A stretch of 64,000 nucleotides of DNA from Nitrospirales bacterium (GTDB lineage: Bacteria > Nitrospirota > Nitrospiria > Nitrospirales > UBA8639). The notes beneath the pieces are model-generated. The model did not search any database. It saw nothing but the letters and a program-made list of their open reading frames with translations, and was not told the DNA's origin. The stretch is taken from the NCBI GenBank assembly GCA_963555755.3, contig OY820905.2, positions 992,001 through 1,056,000 on the forward strand, written 5' to 3'. This document shows positions 20,706 through 30,310 of the stretch, piece by piece (within the stretch, counting starts at the first letter, position 1; every line of letters starts with the position of its first letter). The translations under genes and the position numbers were made by a program.

Positions 20706-21318
20706 AGCTCAATTGTAATCTGTCACGTGACAAACGTCAATTTTGATATATTCAGGCGTCATGAACCCTGGCTCTGGGATTTTAAAGCGCTCATCCTCAA
20801 AAAGCCCGGCGGCTCAACCGCCCTTCCTACCAAGAATCCGGCGGCTTTCGCTGGTATAGTCAGCGGCAATCCCTTTCCCAACCGAGTTTGGATTTTTTTT
20901 ATATGCGAGGTTTCGCCCCCGCGCGACGAGGCACTTTTGTTTCGGCAAAAGTGCCCAAAACCATTTTTTACGCATGCGCGGCACGACGGGGAACTGGTCC
21001 ACCGCCCCGAATCAGGATGGCGCAGAAACTCGCTGCGCTCAGACAGTCTTCGCCAAAGAGGTAGGATTCGGGGCTGTGGCCCAGCCGCGCCCAACGCAGG
21101 AGACGCCGTGCTAAATGAAGCCGTGGGCATCACCAATTGAAAAGGCAACGGTTCCGGCGTATTCTTCAGAAATATGGATGGCGTGTTATCCAGACAGAAA
21201 CCCGAAGATCTTTTTCTTACGCGGATCCATCTAAACATTGTTAGGCGCTCAGATATTTGTCGGCACACTTTCTTTGCCCGGTGTACTACTAAGTTGAGAC
21301 GTAAACTCGTTAAGCAAA

Positions 21319-21430
21319 ACTGGCCGACTGACTCGGCGACCTCCGCACGAATGAAGCTCGTACGGCAAACCGCAACTGCGCCAGAGAAGAGAGTTCAAGG
21401 GGCACTTCGTGACATTGGTGTGCGCTTTAG
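21319..21430 (+). pseudogene. Vsr (very-short-patch repair endonuclease)-like N-terminal fragment
   Basis: SARMKLVRQTATAPEKRVQGALRDIGVRF resembles the Vsr 'SxxMxxVRxxxTxPExxVxxxL' start; truncated. Confidence 0.5.
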
Positions 21431-22102
21431 TGTTGGACTGGGGTCAGTCTTGGAACACCGGACCTTTGGAACAGGGGACGCTACCCTTTTTAGGAGTGAA
21501 AGATGCAGGGTTTCGTCCCTGCAGACGACCTCCTTTTGTTTCGGCAAAAGGAGGCAAAACCATTTTTGCCCGTGCGTGACCCCAAGGGGGTCCCTGGACC
21601 AGCACCCCGAATCAAGATGGCTCAGAAACTCGCTACGCTCAGACAGTCTTCGCCAAAGAGGTGGGATTCGGGGCACTGGCCCAGTCGCGCACGAGGGCGA
21701 TGAATTGCCAAGAACAAAATTTTAGAGAAAAAGAAACGTGGATGGGGAAGCGTCCCTTTTTGTTTTTCTTTGTCATTTCGACCGGAGGGAGAAATCTGTG
21801 GTTCGGCCACAATAAAAGATCCCCGCAGCAAGCTGACGGGGTATTCAGAGGAACAATATGATTTTGAAAATCCCCCTACCCCCCTTTTCCAAAGGGGGGA
21901 CCTAAGCGGGAACCCCGTAGCAAGCTACGGGGAATACAAAGTTCAAGATTTCTCGTAAGACTCGAAATGACAGGGCGGATGCGTGTGGCGCGGTCCGAGA
22001 AACAAGAAACATTGGAGTTCGTCTTTGGAGTTTTTTTTCTGTGGGCACCCCCGCCTTCGGATGCGGCGGAGGAACCCCCTTGGGGCCGCATACGGGCGGA
22101 CA

Positions 22103-22762
22103 ATCGACATAGGTAGGCGGTCACCCGCTTTCCCTGTCACACCACCGTACATATGGGTCCGTATACGGCGGTTCGGTGGGTTAAGCGATTGGCCACCAGG
22201 AGAGACTTCTCTCAACTGGTCACCCCTCGCCGGGCTTTCAACTGGGCGGTTCGCCGCGAGCGATTCGACACTTCCTCGTCAGTCCTTAGGGCTTCACCCC
22301 TATCCTCTGTCGGGAAGGCCAGGGTTAACTGGTTATTCAGCCGCTTGTCGCTCGTGAGTTCCGCTGCCTACATACCACTCCGCACCATTCAGGCCTTCAT
22401 CCCTGTCGGGACTACTATGCCCTCTGCTGACTCCTCCCGCCCGCTCTGAACTGATCACTCAGTCCTCAGTCTTGCTGCCAAGACAGACGAGAGGTCTCCC
22501 GAGGTACGCTCAACCGCCTTCAGCGCACGACCGCCAGATTTACACCCCGCCCCCTTGATGGATATGGACTTTGCGAATCCATGCTCGCTCGTCCGGAACG
22601 GACTGCCTCGTATCTGGTTCTTGTCCATCGGCCCGCGCCTTTGCTCTACGCTTCCTTCAGACCCCGCCTCACGACGACGCCCTTGCGCTTCGCGATGACT
22701 TCACCTCCATCAGGTTGTCAAAGGGACTTGCACCCTCAAGCTGTTGAACATGCTCGGCACAC
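22103..22762 (-). mobile_element. ORF-less group IIC intron (660 nt)
   Basis: 5' GUGUGCCGAGCAUG at 22762; short IIC-type DV GAACCGCCGUAUACGGACCCAUAUGUACGGUGGUGU; 3' ...UGUCGAU at 22103; no RT ORF between. Confidence 0.85.
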
Positions 22763-22831
22763 TGGTTTTGGACACGTTTGCCGAAACAACAGTGCCTTGT
22801 CGTGTGGGGGCGACACCCCTTAAAAACATTC

Positions 22832-23577
22832 GGCTCTTCAGGAAAATTTGTGGGTCGAGCACCTAACGAATCCTTTCCAAGGCACTGAAAAACCAACGAA
22901 TTTTCCCACCGGGGACCGGTTTTATTTCGATGCTCATATTCAATTGACTCATGGGGAAGTTTCGGATCAGTTGCAATTTTGGTGGAGTCGAGGCCTATGG
23001 CGATGACGGACATACTATGCGAGGGGCTCCTGTTCTGATTTAGGCGTCCAATCCCGTTCCGTTCGTGGTGAGCTTGTCGAACCATGAATGGTACACATTG
23101 AAGTTTCTGACCCTTCGACAAGCTCAGGGCGAACGGATTCTGTCAAGGAAGGTCTGACTCAAGACGCGAGTCTCACTCCACCAAAATTGCGATTGATCCG
23201 AAGTTTCCCTCAGGGTCCACAAGCCGATTAAGCCTACGGTGCAGGGGCTATGGCATGTGGCCTTGTGGGAAACCTCCTGAGTAGCGCCCTTATGGGGCGC
23301 GGCCCACCCAGACGACGGAAAGTAACTCGTGAGGCAACTGAGGAGGCACAGGAGAGAAGAAAGGCCGAGGTCTGGTGAACCTGAATCCGTCATCCCCGAC
23401 GTTGGTTATCGGGGATCTATCTTAAGAACGAACCTGGATTCCCGATAACAGACGTCGGGAATGACGCGGGGAGGTACCTAGCGCCCTTATGGCGCGCGGC
23501 GCACCCGGACGACGGAGGATAGCATGAAGTTACTTAGGAGTTACCTGAGAAGTACCCACAAATTCTTCGGAGGAGCC
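22832..23577. mobile_element. 746-bp composite MITE (GGCTC ends), copy 1
   Basis: TIRs ggctcttcaggaaaatttgtgggt / acccacaaattcttcggaggagcc; 8-bp TSD aaacattc; near-identical inverted copy at 34156-34901. Confidence 0.9.
22964..23199. mobile_element. Nested MITE, GGATCA-TTGCAA family
   Basis: Ends ggatcagttgcaattttggtggag / ctccaccaaaattgcgattgatcc; 8-bp TSD gaagtttc; also present at 34534-34769. Confidence 0.88.
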
Positions 23578-23587
23578 AAACATTCTT

Positions 23588-23887
23588 CTACGAGAGACGT
23601 GGTTTCCAGGTATCAGGGTGACGGAAAAGGTGAAGAACTGCTAGGACTGTGACTTCTTCTCCAGTGGGGTTGAAATACACACCATATGGAAATCGGTGCA
23701 GTAGCGCACGACGAACTGGATCGTCAATGGCAGGAAATTGAAGCGGCATGGTGGCGACACGCTCGAAAAGAACAGACAGTTGGTCCAAAAACTCTACGCC
23801 CAAATTGCGACGCTGTTCTTCATACCATAGCGTAGCATTCACCACATCAAGATCGGCTTCTGGATGGAACCTGAGGGGAAGAGGCAT
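23588..23887 (-). CDS. RelE/ParE family toxin
   Basis: FHPEADLD...WYEEQ...LGVEF...RRALLHRFPYGVYF...VLAVLH...RHPDTW. Confidence 0.88.
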   Translation of the reverse strand: MPLPLRFHPEADLDVVNATLWYEEQRRNLGVEFLDQLSVLFERVATMPLQFPAIDDPVRRALLHRFPYGVYFNPTGEEVTVLAVLHLFRHPDTWKPRLS

Positions 23888-24135
23888 TAATTGGATTGAC
23901 GGGCTTGGAGCTGCTGTTCGATTTCAGCCCGCACCTCGTCCCAAGATCTCCCTGCTTCAGGATGTTGCTCGAAATCCTGCAGCCGTCGACGAATGATATC
24001 AAGGTGCCAGTCCGGCGTGGATACCGCTTCGGGCGAAGTGGCAATTTGTTCCCAGAGGCTCTGGACATATTCGATCTGCTCGGGAACGGAAAGTTGAGCA
24101 AAGCCTGGTGGAGGACTGAGAGTGCGCTTTGGCAT
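23887..24135 (-). CDS. Putative addiction-module antitoxin
   Basis: LSVPEQIEYVQSLWEQI...PDWHLDIIRRRL...SWDEVR; stop overlaps the toxin start (TAATG). Confidence 0.82.
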   Translation of the reverse strand: MPKRTLSPPPGFAQLSVPEQIEYVQSLWEQIATSPEAVSTPDWHLDIIRRRLQDFEQHPEAGRSWDEVRAEIEQQLQARQSN

Positions 24136-24643
24136 TATTGTGGATGCTCCTTCAAATAAAAGACTAGTGTACCGGAGATTCCTTCTGGGTTCAATCTGAG
24201 ACAAACCCCGAACTTTTTGGGAATGTTGTCAATCTTTTGGGTGTTTTTTTGTAAGCAGGGATTCGCCCCCGCAGACGACCTCCTTTTGTTTCGGCAAAAG
24301 GAGGCAAAACCATTCTTGCCCGTGCGCGGCCCCTCCGACCTTACTCAGAAGCAAGGTCTCCGGGGTCCCTGGTCCACCACCCCGAATCAAGATGGCTCAG
24401 AAACTCGCTCCGAGGTGCAAAGCCACCTCTCCACTCAGACAGTCTTCGCCAAAGAGGTAGAATTCGGGGGGGCGGTCCAGCCGCGCCCAAGGCAGGAGAG
24501 GAAAGGGAAATGGAGACAGAAACAAATTTTATTTGGAATGATCCAAGCCATTTGAGGCTTTTGCTTTCTTTGGGCATCACCGCTTTCGGATGCGGCGGAG
24601 CCGTAGGCGGAGGGACCCTCTTGGGGCCGCATACGGGCGGAAA

Positions 24644-24805
24644 ATCGACATAGGTAGGCGGTCGCCCGCTTTCCCTGTCACACCACCGTACATACGGGTC
24701 CGTATACGGCGGTTCGGTGGGTTAAGCTATCGGCAAACAGTCAATCGTGGAATCCCGAGTGAGTCGAAGTAGGCCTTGGGTAACGCAATCGTCAGGGCGG
24801 GACTC
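24644..24805 (-). mobile_element. Group IIC intron 3' remnant with end of RT ORF
   Basis: SPALTIALPKAYFDSLGIPRL (class C maturase C-terminus) then DV/DVI nearly identical to 22103-22180; cut by IS256. Confidence 0.82.
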
Positions 24806-26140
24806 GAGGGTGTACGATTAACTGTGTAACTGGTTATCATGACCGTTCCATTGAATAAGGAGGAATGATGACCAGAGGTAAGACCCCAAGCCAAACGGAC
24901 GTGCTGCTCGATGAATTGGTGGAGGGCTGTGAGTCGTCCGACGATCTGTTCGGGAAACATGGGCTCCTGGAACGCCTGACGAAACGCCTGGTGGAACGCG
25001 TCTTGCGGGCGGAACTCACGGAGCATTGAGGCTATGCACCGCATGCCCCGGAGGGCCGGGAATCTGGCAATGCTCGCAATGGGTGTACGCCCCAAACGGT
25101 GCAAACCGCGAGCGGAGATCTTCCGCTCCAGGTGCCTCGTGATTGCCAAGGCAGCTTTGAGCCGATGGTGGGGCCCACACGCCAGCGGCGCTTGGACGGG
25201 TTTGATGACACGGTCCTGGCCTTGTATGCCCGGGGCTTGACGACTCGGGATATTCAGGGGCATCTGGAAGAGCGCTATGACGTGGAGGTGTCGCCCACGC
25301 TCATTTCGACGATTACCGATGCGGTGGTGGAGGATGTTCGAACTTGGCAGAGTCGGCCCTTGGACGCCGTGTATCCGATCCTGTATGTCGATTGCCTGTT
25401 TGTGACATCTCGGCAAGAGGGTGTTGTCAAGAATAACGCCGTGTCGGTCGCCTTGGGAGTGAACCTGCAAGGGGAGAAAGAACTCCTGGGACTCTGGGTG
25501 AGTGAGACGGAAGGCGCCAAGTTCTGGCTGTCGGTCTTTACGGCACTCCAGGGCCGCGGGGGCGAAGATGGCTTTGTGGCCTGCGTCGATGGGCTCGCGG
25601 GGTTGCCTGCCGCCTTGGAAACGGTGTTCCCCCCCACTCAGGTGCAACTGTGCATTGGCCATAAGGTCCGTCAGTCCTTGCGGTATGTGGTGTGGAAAGA
25701 GCGGCGGGCCGTGGCGCGGGATCTACGGGCCCTCTATGGCGCCGCGACGTTGTCGGAGGCGGAAGCCGCATTCGAGCGATTTGCCCCGACGTGGGATGCG
25801 AAATATCCGACGAGCAGTGCGACGTGGCGACGGGATTGGGCGCGGCTGACCGTCTTCTTTGACTATCCCCCAGCAATCCGAACAGTCAGCTATACGACGA
25901 ATGCGATTGAGTCACTCCATTTTTCATTACGTAAAGTCCTGAAAAGTCGCGGGGCCTTTCCGACCGATGAATCAATCCTGAAAGTGTTGTATCTCGGGAG
26001 GCTGCGGATTGCCAAAAAATGGACGATGCCCATTCCGGACTGGAAGCGAGCCCTCAACCAATTCGCCATCCTTTTAGGAGATCGGGTGCCAAGACGCTAA
26101 GCAAAGAAAGAATCAGTTACACAGTTAACTGGACAGGCCC
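24806..26140 (+). mobile_element. IS256-family element, degenerate
   Basis: Imperfect TIRs gagggtgtacgattaactgtgtaact / agttacacagttaactggacaggccc; no TSD seen. Confidence 0.82.
24865..26100 (+). pseudogene. IS256 transposase with nonsense codon
   Basis: AELTEH*GY (TGA ~25027), VPRD, LYARGLTTRDI, WQSRPL, EGAKFW, YTTNAIES motifs. Confidence 0.88.
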
Positions 26141-26281
26141 AAAATACTCTCGTTCGAGGTTGCCCCACACGCCACGATCGCCTCGCGACCCATACTCACG
26201 TATCCCTCCATTTCCTCACCCACCCGGTTCTTCCGCCTCCCTCGCCTGAGCTTCAAACTCATTGGGTCCGGGGTCAGGTCT

Positions 26282-27750
26282 CAATACTGTTCACTTAGAT
26301 GAAAATCTGTTATACTTCGCCTCCACACGTAATCTGGGAGGAGGCAACATGGCAAGAAAGAAAGTCGGCTTGGGGGCGGGGGCTCGATTGGCGGATTATT
26401 TGAGCACGGGATTACTGGCTCGTGCCTTTCCGGTGGCCATCATCAACGAAGAACTTGACGCACATCATTGTAACAGTGAACGTGTCCGCACCTTTCCCGC
26501 TTCTGCCGTGGTGTACTACACCATGGCGTTGAGCTTATACAGCGAGGCCGCGTACGAAGCGGTGTTTGCCGCTGTGGCCCAAGGGCTGGCATGGAAAGAC
26601 CACAAACCCGTTGCTCCCGTGACCGTTGTCAAATCCGCCATCAGCAAAGCCCGCTCACGGCTGACGTGGCAGGCGCTGAAAGCCATTGGACAGCGCTGCT
26701 TGCGCCCGTTGGCTCGTCCAGAGCATGCCCACGCCTTTTTTGCAGGCTACCGACTCGTCGCGATAGATGGCTCCAACTTTGAGGTCCCGGATGAGGAAGC
26801 CAATGTGCAAGCCTTTGGGTACCCAGGGAGCCGAACCGGGCAGGCCGGCTACCCCCAAGCCCAGTGCGCCATTTTGACGGAATGTGCCAGTCACGCCATT
26901 TTGGATGCCGAACTAGGGGCCTATAAGCAGGCCGAATGGGAGGTGGCCGCGCCCTTGGTGCGTCGCCTCACGCCCGACATGCTCTGCATGGCCGATCGCG
27001 GCTTTGTCGGGTACGCCCATTGGCAGGCCGGCCTTCAGACCGGAGCGCAACTACTCTGGCGCATGCCGAAGAGCTTGATCCTTCCAGTTGACAAGCTGTT
27101 GGACGATGGCTCGTACCTGAGCCATCTGTATCCCAGTGAACGCGCCAGAAGAAAGCGAATTGATGGGATCGCCATCAGGGTGATTGAGTATGTCTTACCG
27201 CAGGGGCCCAATAGCGAACCGCTGTACCGTCTCGTCACCACGCTGCTGGATGACCAAGGCGCACCCGCCCAGGACCTGGCTCAACTGTATCACGAGCGCT
27301 GGGAGGTGGAATTGGTGTTTGATGAGCTGAAGACGCACCTGAGGCAACGTCGTCGCGTCCTGCGCAGTAAAACGCCAGAGTTGGTGCGTCAAGAGTTCTA
27401 CGGATGGGTGATGGCCCACTACGCCGTGCGCTGGTTGATGTATCAAGGGGCCACCCAGGCAGACATCCCTGACCGCACGGTATCTTTTACGGCCACGGTG
27501 CAGTTAGTGCGTCGAACCCTGCCCCAATCTGGGGCCCTTCCCCCCTGAGCGCCAAAAAACATGGTATCGGCTGCTGTTTGAGGCGACGGCGAAACTGTTG
27601 TGTGAATCCAGTCGTGGAAAAATCAAGCCGAGGATGGTGAAACGCCGAAACTCTCCATACGCACCGTACAAACGTCCGAGACCGCCCGTTGCGCAAATTG
27701 ACTGGACACCATCCATCAAACCACCGAAGATATCTAAGTGAACAGTATTG
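26282..27750 (+). mobile_element. IS4-family element
   Basis: 19-bp perfect TIR caatactgttcacttagat / atctaagtgaacagtattg; 10-bp TSD ggtcaggtct. Confidence 0.92.
26349..27548 (+). CDS. IS4-family transposase
   Basis: VAIDGS, GYPQ, ADRGF, YHERWEVELVFDELK (Y-R-E-K) motifs. Confidence 0.9.
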   Translation: MARKKVGLGAGARLADYLSTGLLARAFPVAIINEELDAHHCNSERVRTFPASAVVYYTMALSLYSEAAYEAVFAAVAQGLAWKDHKPVAPVTVVKSAISKARSRLTWQALKAIGQRCLRPLARPEHAHAFFAGYRLVAIDGSNFEVPDEEANVQAFGYPGSRTGQAGYPQAQCAILTECASHAILDAELGAYKQAEWEVAAPLVRRLTPDMLCMADRGFVGYAHWQAGLQTGAQLLWRMPKSLILPVDKLLDDGSYLSHLYPSERARRKRIDGIAIRVIEYVLPQGPNSEPLYRLVTTLLDDQGAPAQDLAQLYHERWEVELVFDELKTHLRQRRRVLRSKTPELVRQEFYGWVMAHYAVRWLMYQGATQADIPDRTVSFTATVQLVRRTLPQSGALPP

Positions 27751-27971
27751 GGTCAGGTCTCACATTCCTACCGGCCCTGTTGTACGCAAGCCATGGCCAG
27801 ACCATTGCACCTGGAATTTGCGGGTGCGGTGTATCATGTCACCTCAAGAGGAGACAGACGCGAGGTCATCTCTCGGGCTGCTGACAATAGAGAACACGGG
27901 CTGGAAGTCTTTGCCAGCGTCTGTGAAAGTTTCAACTGGGTCGTGCAGGTGTAGGAATGTGAGACCTGACC
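27751..27971 (+). mobile_element. REP-flanked truncated RAYT gene
   Basis: 21-bp perfect inverted repeats ggtcaggtctcacattcctac / gtaggaatgtgagacctgacc enclose MARPLHLEFAGAVYHVTSRGDRRE (27793-27954). Confidence 0.75.
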
Positions 27972-28353
27972 TAATACTCCGGACCCTTGTCATTGGATGA
28001 ATATCACCGACGCTCTCAGAGGAGAAATGAAGCGATAACCAGGCTTATCTATCAGGTGCTTACACAATGGCGGAATTCGGCGGTCATTTTTGTCTACACT
28101 GTATGGCGGTGAGTCGAGCCGTGCAACAATTTGAAGGAACACAGCATCCCATGTAGGAATGTTAGAACTGCCCCCCAACCGACCCCCAACCTAAAATCCC
28201 CCGCAGCGGGGGTGGATACGCAAAAACCAAGCTATCCTTCCTGGGCAATGACTGCTGTGGCTGGCTGCGACGCCGGTTGTAGGGTTTGCTCTGGTTTTTG
28301 TCCCTACGAGGTGGTATATTAGTACTTAAGGTATCAACCAGAAAGGAGCAATT

Positions 28354-28845
28354 ATGACTTACAAAAATGCAGTAGTGATCACGATCGCGATTGTTGGGTT
28401 TCTGCTGACGGCGTGGATGGCCCCGGTGGCCTTTGCCGGAAAATGCGACTTGACCGACCTTGACTGCTGGGGCCCGGATCAGAAGTGCAACATCAAGTTC
28501 AAGAACGAGACGGGCATGGGCTCAGGTTCCGGTGGCCGGACGGGCTACGAACAGATATCGAGCGCCGCAACGATCAAGCTGTCGGCCAGGAAGGAAGACG
28601 GGACGAGAGCGGGGAGAAACACGCTGCAGATTCTCGCAGGAGCCGACAAGACCATGAATCTCGACAAGAAGAATGATTTCAACAGCATACGGATAGACAG
28701 GCTCGGGAGCCAAGCCCAGCTATTTTGCCAAGACATAAAAACAACCTTGAAAGGCAACGGTGTCTGCAAGGTCTTCGTGGGCCAGATATTCGGCAAATCA
28801 CAAACAGTCGTCAACTGTGACAACGGCAACGTCCTTGGCGGGTGA
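28354..28845 (+). CDS. Hypothetical secreted Cys-rich protein (paralog 1)
   Basis: AGGAG RBS; signal peptide ..VAFA-G; 6 Cys; paralog at 29120. Confidence 0.78.
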   Translation: MTYKNAVVITIAIVGFLLTAWMAPVAFAGKCDLTDLDCWGPDQKCNIKFKNETGMGSGSGGRTGYEQISSAATIKLSARKEDGTRAGRNTLQILAGADKTMNLDKKNDFNSIRIDRLGSQAQLFCQDIKTTLKGNGVCKVFVGQIFGKSQTVVNCDNGNVLGG

Positions 28846-29089
28846 GAGCAAGACGCTCAAGCTGGTACCGGACCACATTAACTACGGGAGCGGTGACGAG
28901 CCCGTCTGCAACCTCACCGAGTACACCGAGATCTGGCTGCGAGTAGAGATCGCAGGCGGCGATATCGAATCGTGCCGCACGGATGGCAAGAAGTTCTCTT
29001 ACGCGCCGGAGGGCGGCAAGCGGCGGCACCACCCTGAACAACAACCGATGCAAGCCCGGGACCTACACACCCCTAGGGTGCATCCCTGA
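28846..29089 (+). pseudogene. Fragment homologous to 19073-19558 protein
   Basis: EIWLRVEIAGGDIESCR vs EVWLVIEIQGGDIKSCR; GGTTLNNNRCK (shifted frame) vs GGTSLNNNRCK. Confidence 0.7.
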
Positions 29090-29119
29090 CGAGAAGATCT
29101 CTAAGAGGAGGAGAAAGTG

Positions 29120-29614
29120 ATGAAGACGCTCGCGATTTCTGCGTTTCTGCTGACCGGCTTGATCTCCTCGGCGGCCTCCGCCCAATGCGACCTGACCGGC
29201 TTGGAATGCTGGGGTCCGCACAAGAAGTGCAACATCAAGTTCAAGAACGAGACGGGCATGGGCTCAGGTTCCGGTGGCGGGACCGGCCACGATCAGGTTT
29301 CATCCGTGGCAACGATCAAAGTGTCGGCCCGCAAAGGGGATAATACGAGGGCGGGGAGCAACACGCTGCAGATCGCGGCGGGAGCCAACAAGACCATGAA
29401 TCTCGACAAGAAGCAAGGCTTTGACAAGATACGGATAGAGAATGTGCTCGGGGGCCGATCCCCCAAACTGACATGCGACGATATAAAAAAGACCTTGAAT
29501 GGCAGTGGTATCTGTAAGGTCTTCAAAGCACTGGATCCGGATGGGATACTATGGCTGGCCGTCACTTGCAATAATGCCGAGGTTGTTGTAATTGCCGAGA
29601 AGTTTCCCGAATGA
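29120..29614 (+). CDS. Hypothetical secreted Cys-rich protein (paralog 2)
   Basis: GAGGAGGAG RBS; signal peptide ..AASA-Q; shares CDLT-x-L-x-CWGP-xx-KCNIKFKNETGMGSGSGG and KTMNLDKK with 28354. Confidence 0.78.
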   Translation: MKTLAISAFLLTGLISSAASAQCDLTGLECWGPHKKCNIKFKNETGMGSGSGGGTGHDQVSSVATIKVSARKGDNTRAGSNTLQIAAGANKTMNLDKKQGFDKIRIENVLGGRSPKLTCDDIKKTLNGSGICKVFKALDPDGILWLAVTCNNAEVVVIAEKFPE

Positions 29615-30128
29615 CAACGATCTCGACGACCCACTTGCAGGCCTACCAGGCCGAGGGTATGAGCCACCGGCACCGTGCCGGTCTCTCCCGACGAAAGACC
29701 GCACAGTTCACTGGGCTATGGCCCGATCTGGTTAAATGAAGCTGCTAGACAACACCACCAGATTTAGGAGAGCCTCCACCAAGCGCAAGGTTGCAGTTCT
29801 ACGATGACGGATTTAGTGGACATAAAAGCCACCCCAAATCCTTCGGTTGGACTTTCGTTGAGATTCTTTTGATTCGGCACTGCTATGCTCGTCGCTCCAA
29901 AGTTCAGATTGCGGCATAGCGAGCGGGTGCCACGCATGTCGCAAGGGCACGTTATCTTAGATAGTGATATTCAACATTCTGTGTGATTCGACTCCTGGGG
30001 TTGCCCTCCTTGCTCCTGTCCTGGGTGCCACCTATGGCTAATTCAAGCTTAGGGACGTTCACCTAACTAGCTGTTTTGGTTGCACGCTCGATGATCTATA
30101 TCCCCTGAGAAGAACGAGGGACGCGGCG

Positions 30129-30142
30129 ATGCTCATCCTTAC
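30129..30142 (+). pseudogene. csrA: Displaced 5' end of csrA (RBS + ATG CTC ATC CTT AC)
   Basis: GAGGGA RBS; M-L-I-L-T; last 8 nt atccttac repeated at 17851-17858. Confidence 0.8.
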
Positions 30143-30310
30143 GGATCATGCAGAATGTAGGGTTCTGGCAGCACAATACGATCAGGTGCACATAAAGTTA
30201 TGGCACTCCTCGTGGGTGATGTCGCCTCTCCTTTTGAGCGAATGGCGTCGTCTTGTATTTTTAGGATAGGGGTAGGGAGGGCGCATTGAGTTGCGCTCCC
30301 CCTCCCTCCG

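Noticed and set aside
29690..29830. IS3-like RPHSSLGY remnant
   Set aside because: Too short and degraded to delimit.
17851..30142. Integron cassette array (TA pairs plus small secreted genes)
   Set aside because: No integrase, mixed gene orientation, and no convincing attC sites found by eye.
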